Assembly: GCA_014905635.1 (NCBI GenBank)
Contig: JABVCE010000037.1
Span: 248,001 to 268,594 of the forward strand
From: Scenedesmus sp. PABB004
Taxonomy: Eukaryota
Length of the DNA stretch: 20,594 nucleotides
Direction: 5' to 3'
Shown: positions 10,006 through 19,166 of the stretch, in pieces
Layout of the letters: every line of letters starts with the position of its first letter
Numbering within the stretch: position 1 is the stretch's first letter
The notes under the pieces: model-generated
Seen by the model: only the letters and a program-made list of their open reading frames with translations
What the model was told of the DNA's origin: nothing
Databases searched by the model: none
Translations under genes and position numbers: made by a program

Positions 10006-13000
10006 TCAAGCGACTTGCCGCAGCCGCCGCCCGCCGCCGGGGCACGCCCGTGAGCTCCCGCCGTCGAGGGCGCCGAGGCGCACCACGCCGCCCAGCCCCG
10101 CCGCGCCCACGCTCGCGGCCAGGTCGGCCGGCGGCATGCATGGATTGTCGCGCAGGTCGATCGCGCCCGGGGGCAGGCGCGCGAGCGCCGCCCAGTCCTC
10201 GGGCACGGCGCCGGTGAAGAGGTTGGCGGCCAGCGTGAGCTGCCGCAGTCCCACCAGCCCGCCGTACTCAGGGACCAGCGTGCCGGTCAGGGCGTTGGCT
10301 GACACGTCCAGGCGCGTGAGATTGGTGAGCGACGCCCATGCAAACGGGAGCGGCCCGGACAAGCCGCACCCTGCGGCGTGCAGCTCCTGCGCGATGGCGG
10401 CGGCGGCAGCGGCGGCGGCGGCGGCGTGAGGCGGCGCCGCGATTGCCCATGGGCGCCAGCTGGCGCGCACGTGCGGGCGCCACGGGGGCCGGCGCCCGCG
10501 CCGCGGCGCGCACCGTCAGGCCGCGCAGGTGCGCGAGCGCCGGCGGGAGGCGCCCGCCGAGGCGCAGGTTGCGCGAAGCCTCGACGACGCGGAGGCTGGG
10601 GAAGGTGTTGAGCTCGTCCGGCAGCCCGCCGGTCAGGTCGTTGCCCGCGAGGCGCAGCACGCGCAGCGCGGCCATGAGGGGGCCGGCCGACGCCGCCGCG
10701 GCGGCGCCGCCGCCGACGCCAGCCGAGGCCGCGCCGCGCGCACCGCCCGGCGGCGGCTCGCCCGCCGCCGCGAGGGCGCGCTGTGCTGCAGCGGACGCGG
10801 CGGCGGGCTCTGCCCAGGCGCCCGGCAGCAGCGGGCCGCTGAGCGCGGCGTCGCGCAGGTCCAGCTCCTCCAGCGCAGCCAGGATGCCCCACGATGGCGG
10901 GACGCTGCCGCTGACGCGCGTGCCCGCCGCGCGCAGGACACGCAGGCGCTGCAGCATGGCAAAGACCCCCGCAGCGGCCCGCCCACGCCGCAGCCTGACA
11001 CGTCGAGCGCCTGCAGCGCGCTCACTCGCGCGAGCTTGGTGGGCAGGCCGCCGCCGAGCTCGGGGTTGCCGCTCACGTTGAGGGTCTCCAGCGCGGCCAG
11101 GGTCACGAGGTCGGCCGCGGCGGCGTCCAGGCTCCCGCCCAGCCCCAGCCCCGCCAGCACCAGGCTGCGCAGGCTCGGCAGCTGCGCGGCGAGCGACGTC
11201 ACCTGCTCCAGCGCCAGCGGCGCAAGGCGCAGCCCCAGGCCCGACAGGTCCAGGCTGGTCACGCGGCGGCTGGTCGCGTCGCAGGCCACACCCGCCCAGC
11301 CGTCACAATGCGGGAACACTGCGAGCACGGGTGTCGGTGGCACAGCGGGGCGGCCGTCAGCGGCGCGGCAGCGAGCAAAGCAGCGCTGTGCCACCGCTGC
11401 CACGCCCCGCATCACCCACCTATCTGGTATGAGTATGCAGGCTTCACAAACCAGGACGCCAGCGACTGGTTGTTGGCCGCGCCGTGCTCCAGGCTTGCGT
11501 TGGTGAGCAGCGCCTGCAGCGCGTCCAGGGCGCTCCGCTCTGGGTCTGAGCACGATGGCAGCTGGCCGGTGGTGCCGTGCACATCCAGGCCCCCCGGCGC
11601 GCAGCCGTCGATTGCAGTGCCCATGACTGAGACGCTGCCTTGGAAGCGTGCCCAGGACGCCGGCACGGTGCCGTTGAGCCCAGCGTTTTGAGACACACTG
11701 ATCCATGCCGATGGCGGCAGCACGCCCTCGCCCCACTCGGGCGGCAGACTCCCTTGCAGTGCGTTGATTGAAAGGTCAAGGGTTGTGAGCGATGCGAGGT
11801 CCTTCCAAGCAGCCGGCAGGGACCCGCTGATCGCGTTGCCGGTCAGCTCCAGATGCTCCAGCGCCCAGCCTCGGCCCCACTCCGGCGGCAGCGTGCCGCG
11901 CAGCGCAGAGTCGGGCAACTGCAGGACCTTGAGCTTCGGCGCCGCCGCGGGCAGGCCCGGCGGCAGCTCCGTGTCCGCCGGGCGCGCGGGGCCGCCGGCG
12001 GTGCTGTTGCTGCGGCAGGATCTGCACCGGAAGTATTGAAGGTCCGAGAGCACGGCTGCTAGCTTGGGCAGCAGGCTGGTGTGTATGCCGAAAAACTGCT
12101 CGCCAAACGCGTTGATGCCGACCACGCCCACGCCGTTGTCCACGCGCTGCACATCGACACTGATGTACCAGGGCATTGGCCCGTCGCCAACAGGGGGCTC
12201 ACCGTATGCCGAGTACGTGAGCATTTTATCTCCATCGGCCAGCGCGCTGCTGAGCGGCCGCAGCTGGGCCAGCATGCGGTCAAACACGGCGTGCACAGAC
12301 GCGTCCGCGCCCGACAGCAGCACGTCGCGCAGGGTGGTGTTGAGCGCGCGCCATTGGGCAGCCTCGCCCTCGTTGTTGCACGCACCGGTGATGGCCGTGC
12401 CGCTGCGCTCCACGCTGTCCACAAACGGGGGGTCGAAGGGCAGGCAGCCGCTCAGGCCTGCGTTGTCACTAAGGTCCAAGTAACCCAGATTGTTCTGCAG
12501 CGCCGCCCACGACGCCGGCACCGCGCCGGTCAGGCGGTTGCCGTCGAGCCACAGTGTTGACAGAGAGCGCAGTTGGCTCCACTCTGGGCTCAGGAGCCCC
12601 GAGAAGGTGTTGTTCGTGAGTAGCTGTTTTCGGGCGCGACAGCACGGGCGGCGGCAGGCAGGCAGTTGCGCGGCAGGTGAGCAACGGCGGTGCGGGCAGC
12701 GAAGGCAGCATCGCACTTGGCTCACCAGGCTCTCCAGCCGCCGCCAGCGCCCCATGCTGGGCGGGAGCTTGCCAGACAGGCGCTGGTCGAGCAGCATAAG
12801 CTCCTGGAGTGCCGTGGGACGCGCCAGCCAGGCCTCTGGAATTGTCCCTGTCACGCCGCAGCCGGGCGCAGTTGTGCCCCCGAACGACGGCGACACATAG
12901 AGTGCAGTCAACGTCGACCGCCAGCCGCCGTCCATCCAGTTGGCTGGCAGGCTGCCAGTGAAGCATGGGTGTGATAAGGCCAGCATCTTCAGCGCTGCCA

Positions 13001-15950
13001 GTGAGCCCAGCTGGGGCGGCAGTTCCCAACTGCCGACAGTGTCGCCCAGCAACAGCGCCGCGAGGCTGCCGCGCAGGCTCAGCAGGGGCGCGAGCAGCGC
13101 GGGCGTGAAGGCAATGCGCGCGCGCCCGCTCGGCGGGTTGCGAAAGATGACCATCTCCACCGATTTCACCACACCCAGTGTGCCGCACGTGCTGCTGTTA
13201 AAGGGCTGTGAGAAATCCCCCACGCCCGCGCTGAGAACCAGCTCGTCGCCGCTGCCCGCCTGAAGCGGGATGGACTTGGTAGCGTCTTGCGCGGTGGCCG
13301 ACGTTCCGCATGTCCACCACCTGAGCCGCGCCGCCTCGGCGGGCGGCGTGTAGTCCGGCGCGACCGCCTGCACCAGGCCCAGCAGCGCCCGGACCTGCGC
13401 GACCTCCCGGTCCGCAAACGCCGCGACCGCGTAAAAGCCGGCCGGGTCCTCCAGCTGCGACGCGCGGCAGATGGCCAGCCGCGTGCCCAGCGCCGGCGTG
13501 CGCGTGAGGTTGGCGTCCGTGAAGTGCAGAGCGCAGCCCACGGTGCCGCGCCCGAGCCCGCACGCCGCCGGCCCGGTCACGGCGTCGCAGGTGCGGCGCG
13601 TCGCGGCGCCGGACGCGTCGTAGTGCGTGCAGGCTGCGTACGGCCGCGGCGCGCGCGGCGCTGCGAGCACGTCCTTCGCCGTGGCCAGCACCATGCCGAG
13701 CTCCGAGTCAGTCAGCGACGGGCCGAGCGTGTAGCTCACGTTTTGGCGCGGCCAGAGCGCCGCGTTGTCGCGCTGCACAAAGCGCCGCATGTCGATGCCA
13801 AACGAGTCAACAATCGACGCCAGGGTGTCGCCACGCGCGACGCGGTAGCCCACGCACGGTGCGCGCAGGTCCAGCGTGTCGCGCACCGGGTCGAGCAGCT
13901 CCACGGGCCGTGGCACGCGCCAGGGCTGCGTGGAGTGCGGATCGTGCTGTGGCGCGCCCGGCACCGGCGTGCACTCCAGGCCGTACGTCTCGTCCGGCGT
14001 GCCCACCGCTGCAGGCAGGCGACGGGCAGGGTGGGCGGTGGGCAGGGAGGGAGCGTGGCGGGCGGTCAGCCGAGGGCAGCCAGGAGCGGGCACGGGCAGG
14101 CAGCAGCAGGTGAGGCGGCTGCAGCGGCCGACCGCGCAGCTGCGCGAGAGCAGCTGGTGGCGGGCCAGCCCGCGCACCGGCGACGCCCATCTTGATTCGG
14201 AAGAGCCCGTCAGCGGTGAAGCCCTTGGTGCGCACTTGCGTCTTTGTCGCGCCGCCCCAGCTGTTCAGCCCCAGCCTGGCGAGCGGGCGCGCGGCGGCGT
14301 CAGCGCGTGTTGCGCGGCGGCGGTGTGATGGTGCAGCGCGTGCGCACAGGCGCGGCAGCGCACCATGTGTAATCGCTGTTGTTGTATCCCACGATTGTCA
14401 CTGTGCAAACAGGCACGACAGTGCCAGCAGCGGCGGCACGAGTGAGGCCGCGCTCGGCGGCGCCGCCGCGCGGCGGCCGCGTGAACGCCCTGGCGCGCGC
14501 CGCAGCGCCCCGCCTCCCTGCGCGCCGCGCGCTGCGCCTGCCCGCGCGCCGCGCCTGCGTGGCCAAACAGGGGCCGGGCGGTCGCGTTGTATCGGTACGC
14601 CGGCCACTCCTCGCCGCGCACGGCGCCCGCGGAGGCGTTGAACTGGACCTCCCAGTCGTCGTAAATGCTGATGCGGCTCACCACGGCGCCGTGGTTGCGG
14701 ATGTGTTGCTGGATCTGCGGGCGGCGACAGGCGGGCGCAGTGGCCAAACGATGACGGGCCGGGGGCGTGCGGCGCGGGCGGGGGGGCGGTGGGTGCGCCA
14801 CCGCCAGCCGCCCGGGCCGCCGCTGCTGGCACGGCCTCGTCCACCCCCTGGCAGCGCACCTCCCAGAAATTGCTGAGTGATTTGTAGCTGCACTTGACGT
14901 ACGGCTGCTCCTTGCTGCTCTCGCGCGCGCAGGCGCGAGACGCGGCCGCGCACGCGTCGCGCCAGCTCGTGACGCCCCCCTGCAGCTCCGCGTCCACCAT
15001 AGCGCTCACGTTGCGCACACACGATGCGGGCCGGATGAGCTGCGGCGCCTCGTCAACCTGCGGCCGCGGCGGCGGCTGCGGGTCAGAACGCAGCGGGCGC
15101 GGGCGCCCCGCCGATTGCTGCGCCCCCGCCCCAGCCGTTCTCTCTCGTGCGCTCACCACCGCGTTCAGCGCGAGCTGGATGTCCCAGCCGGTGCGGCAGG
15201 TCCGGCCGCCAGCAGAGCAGTAGTGGAGCGAGGCCGGGTTGACCTCCCAGCGCCGCACGTCCTGCTGCAGCGCCGTCGCGGCGGCCATCTGCATCGCGGT
15301 CGCCACCGCGGTGCTCACACACGTGGAGCACTCCTTCTGGTCGCGCGGGGGCGGCACAAAGGCGTTGCACGTCGCGCGGCGCGGCACGCGCCCGCGCCGC
15401 GCCGTGCCGGCGCCGCCGCCTCGGCACGTCCCAAACGCCTCCGCCGCGCCGGCCAGGTAATACACGCCCGTCTGTGGTTTGTTTGGTGGGAGGACGGGCG
15501 TGCGCAGAAGTGGGCGGGCGATTGAGTTGCGCTCGCGCACACCTAGGCACGAGGCGGCGCGAGCTGCGGCAGCGCCGCGCCCGCACACCGGCGCACCTGC
15601 AGCGTGCGCAGTCTGTCGGCGTCGGTGAACGCGCTGCTGCCCACGTTTGTGCCGCCCCTGCCGCCGTTGCCGCGGCCGCCCGTCGACTGCGCCGCGAGGG
15701 CGAGCGCGTCCTCAAACACCTCAAACTGGCTCGCCGTCGCCGCCTCGCCCTCGCCGAGCTGGTCGGGGCTCACGCCCAGGCCCTGCCCCGCGACACCTGG
15801 GCGCGCGCCGGGGCGGGCGGGCAGCGCGCGTCAGCGGAAGCGGACGCAGGCGCGGCGCGCGGCCTGCGGCAGGCGGTGCGCACCTCTGGTGCCGGCCAGC
15901 AGCAGCGCCGCCACTGCCGCGAGCAGCAGTGCTGCTCTATGCCGGAGCAT
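10006..15950 (-). CDS. Secreted multidomain protein: signal peptide - papain-like cysteine peptidase (C1A) - LysM - three LRR modules
   Basis: Eleven exons: 15950-15884, 15796-15597, 15471-15157, 15057-14860, 14714-14555, 14400-14364, 14275-14178, 14008-12726, 12623-11420, 11318-10514 and 10386-10006, all splice-phase compatible. Signal peptide MLRHRAALLLAAVAALLLAGTRG. C1A motifs: PRDQKECSTC, CRTGW, IRNHGAVV, GHAVTIVGY, NSWG, DGLFRI. LysM: YRVARGDTLASIVDSFGID. Many plant-type LRRs (LxxLxLxxNxLxGxLPxxW) and an LRRNT cap (CDGWAGVAC). One +1 nt correction is needed at ~10966-10971. No transmembrane helix or kinase domain is visible. Confidence 0.88.
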
Positions 15951-16486
15951 ACCTCCGGCCGCGGCAGGCCGCAGCAAGAGCTTCAGCGCCACAGGAGGCG
16001 AGGCGCAGTCACCCGGCCGCCGCTGCTGCGCTGGGACGCCGCCGCCAGCGCTTGGCCGCCGCCGCGCTCCCGTTGCTCGACCGAGTGGCCGGCTGCTGCG
16101 ACGCTCGCAGGGGGCCGGGACGCCAACCTCAAGGTGCGGCCGGCGCTGCTTCCTGCGCGCCGCCCGCGGTCGCGCGCGCCCGGCGGCGGCGTGAATATGA
16201 CGTCTGTCGGGTGCTGAGACAGCCCAGTAAGATCGCAGCCGACAACCGGGCCGCCAGGGATCACGTGAAAAAAAGCTGCCCTCTTCGTTGCCCGCTCCCG
16301 CCGCGCTGGGCCGCGCCGCGCTGCTTGCGCCCGGTCCCACGCGTGCACTGGCACGACAACTGCCCGCACGCGCAGGATCAAGCGGCTGGCGGGGCAGGGG
16401 CGCGAAGCGACGCGGAAGCGTCGGCCGGCGACCGCCCGCTGCGATCCCGGCTGCGCCCCAGGCCGGCTGCGCACCCAGCGACGCGC

Positions 16487-16491
16487 TTACA
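16487..16491 (-). promoter_or_regulatory. Putative TGTAA polyadenylation signal of the relic LRR gene
   Basis: TGTAA on the minus strand ~20 nt downstream of the relic stop at 16511. UGUAA is the established chlorophyte poly(A) signal. Confidence 0.45.
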
Positions 16492-16510
16492 GTACGACGG
16501 TGCGACAACA

Positions 16511-17124
16511 TCAGCGCCGCCGTGCGCCGCCTGGGCACGGCCGCGAGCTGCCGCCGCCGTCGAGGGCGCCGAGGCGCACCACGCCGCCCAGCCCCGCTGT
16601 GGCCACGCTCGCGGCCAGCTCGGCCGGCGGCATGCACGGATTGTCGCGCAGGTCGATCGCGCCCGGGGGCAGGCGCGCGAGCGCCGCCCAGTCCTCGGGC
16701 ACGGCGCCGGTGAAGAGGTTGGCGGCCAGCGTGAGCTGCCAGTCCCACCAGCCCGCCGTACTCAGAGACCAGCGTGCCGGTCAGGGCGTTGGCTGAGACG
16801 TCCAGGCTCGTGAGATTGGTGAGCGACGCCCACGCAAACGGGAGCGGCCCGGACAAGCCGCACCCCGCGGCATCCAACTCCTGCGACGCGGCGGCGGCAC
16901 CGGTGGCAGCGGCGGCGGCGGCGGCGGCGTGAGGCGGCGCCGCGACTGCCCACGGGTGCCAGCTGGCGCACGCCTAGAGTGCGGGCGCCACGGGGGCCGG
17001 CGCCCGCGCCGCGGCGCGCACCGTCAGGCCGCGCAGGTGCGCGAGCGCCGGCGGGAGGCGCCCGCCGAGGCGCGGGTTGCGCGACGCCTCGACGACGCGG
17101 AGGCTGGGGAAGGTGTTGAGCTCG
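16511..17124 (-). pseudogene. Relic 3' end of a paralogous LRR gene (end of penultimate exon, last intron, last exon)
   Basis: Colinear with ~10023-10616 (ELNTFPSLRVVEASRN..LAHLRGLT | ELDAAGCGLSGPLPFAWASLTNLTSLDVSANAL...). It has scattered substitutions, a 2-nt deletion at ~16740 that shifts the frame, and no upstream exons. Similarity ends abruptly at 17124. Confidence 0.88.
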
Positions 17125-17192
17125 CGCAGTGTCCTCGAGCCGCTGCCGCGCCGCCGCCAGCGCATCGCTCACCGCGCCGCACCACCGTGCAG

Positions 17193-17197
17193 TTACA
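17193..17197 (-). promoter_or_regulatory. Putative TGTAA polyadenylation signal of the TolB-like gene
   Basis: TGTAA on the minus strand ~23 nt downstream of the TGA at 17220. Confidence 0.5.
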
Positions 17198-17219
17198 AGG
17201 CAGCGTCCCGCGAGACACC

Positions 17220-18804
17220 TCAGCGCCCGTGGTGGTGCCGCGCCGCCGGCAGCGGCTGCCAGCCCACGCTCGCGTGCAGCGCGCCGGGGTTGGCCGTGAT
17301 CGCCACGCGGCCGCCGCCTTCCGACGCGCGCACGCTGACCACCTGGAACGCCCCGTCCGGCGGCGACTGGCTCGCAAACGCGACGCGCGCGCCGTCCGGG
17401 CTCCACGCCGGCGTGACGTCGCCGCGGAGCTGCGGGAACGGCTGCGCCAGCGGCGGCCACGCGCCGTTGGGCGCCGTGAGCGCGCGCAGGCCGCTGCCGT
17501 CGCGGCGCACCACCATGATGCGCCCCGCGCCCGGTGAGGTCGCGTTCCACCCGACCTGCGCGCGCGCGGCGCAGGCGTGGCGGACGGTCAGCTGCGCGGC
17601 CGCGCGCGCACGCGCTCTGCCTGGCTGGAGTGCTGGTGCCGCCCGGGCGCTGCGGGGCGCGCCTGGCTGTTGAAGGTGACGGCTTTTGAGTCGGGGGCCC
17701 AGCCGCGGCTGAACTGGTTGGCCGCGCCGCGCGTGAGCCGGCGCGGCGGCCCGACGAGCTCGCCCCGGGGGCCAACCGGCGCGACGTACAGGTCGTACAG
17801 CCCCGCCGGCATGGCAACGTCGGCGTCCGACGCGTACGCGAGCCAGCTGCGCAGCAGCGAGGGCGGGCGGGCAGCGCGCGTGGCCGCGTGCGCCGGCAGG
17901 GCGGGCGCGCCGCCTGAGCCCGCCCACGCCCCGCCCGCGCCGCCGGCCCTGGGCGGCCCCGCCGGCGCCATTCCGCGCGCACCGGCCGTCGGGGCTGGGC
18001 TTGCCGCCCATGCTGGAGCGGCCGGCGGGAGTGGTGGTCAGGCGCAGCAGGTCGCCGCCGGTGGAGGCGTCCACCGAGTAGAGCTGTGGCGCGGCGCGGC
18101 GCGGCGCGGCAGGCGAGCGGGTGGGAGGGGCCTGCAGGTGAGGGGGGGGGGGGGGGCGTCGCGGGCGCCGGTGCGGCACCCGCGTGCGCGCTGCGCTGCG
18201 CCGCCGACCTCGAAACGCGCCCGAGCCGCCGCCGTCGCGGTTCGACTCAAACACCACCCGCCGCCCGTCGGCGGTGAACGCGGGCACGATGCACTGCGCG
18301 CCCGGCCCGCCACCGCCGCAGTGCGTGAGCTGCCGCGCCGCGCGCGTGGGCAGGTGCAGCAGCCAGATGTTGAACTGGGAGCCGCCGGGCGGCGCCGCTG
18401 AGAAGGCCATGACGCTCCCGTTTGGGGAGAAGCTCGGGTGCGCCGCGGCGGCGACGCCCATCGCCGCCGAGGTGAGCTGGACCGCGCCCGAGCCGTCGGG
18501 CGCGGAGCCCCAGATCTGCGGCGCGCGCGCGGCGCGGGCGTGCCAAGCTCGGCGCAGCGAGCGGAGCGGAGGCTGGCTGCGGCGCGCGCTGCGGGCTGAG
18601 CTCTCGCCGGGCTGCGCTCCCTGCCGCCGCGCGCGGAGCCGGGCGCGCCTGGAGCTCGCCGGTGACGTTGGAGACGTACGCGACCAGCCCGTTGGCGGCG
18701 GCGCGCGCCGGCTTGTGGCGGTGCGCCGGCTGCGCGAGCGGCGCGTCGTCGGCGGCGGCGCGCGCGCCGGCCGCTGCCAGCAGCAGCACGGCCAGCAGGA
18801 ACAT
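17220..18804 (-). CDS. Secreted TolB-like / PD40 (WD40-like) beta-propeller protein
   Basis: Exons 18804-18649, 18515-~18209, 18083-17983, 17846-17663 and 17555-17220. Signal peptide MFLLAVLLLAAAGARA. Repeated PD40 blades: HPSFSPNGSVMAFS, PAFTADGRRVVFESNRDG, PSPDGRWLAYASD, GWAPDSKAVTFNS, PAWSPDGARVAFAS, ending in VGWQP. Introns 1 and 4 are GC-AG. The exon 2 donor is ambiguous (phase mismatch at 18209). Confidence 0.85.
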
Positions 18805-19166
18805 GCTGGGTGCGTAGGGAGCGACGACACTGGGCCAGGCGCGCGTCCGGCTGCGGCTCGCGAGCGCGGGAGCACTCCGGAAAACGCTGGGCAGCTGGGC
18901 AGCTCTGCGCGCGGCGCTCCGTAAAAAATACTTACACACGCCAGCGCACGTGGTGTGCCGGCGCCGGGAGGGCGCGGAGGCGACGGGCGGCGCGCCGGAG
19001 CGGCGAAGCAGCGGCGGCGCTTTTTCATGTTACATACCACCCAGAACCCCCCGCTCTCTGCGCGCAAGCGGTCCGGCGCATTCTGCTGAGCCGGGCCGGG
19101 GCAGCGCCGCGCCGCGCGGGTCCGGCGACCGCCGCCGGTGACGCTGCGCACCTCAGCCAGACCGCC

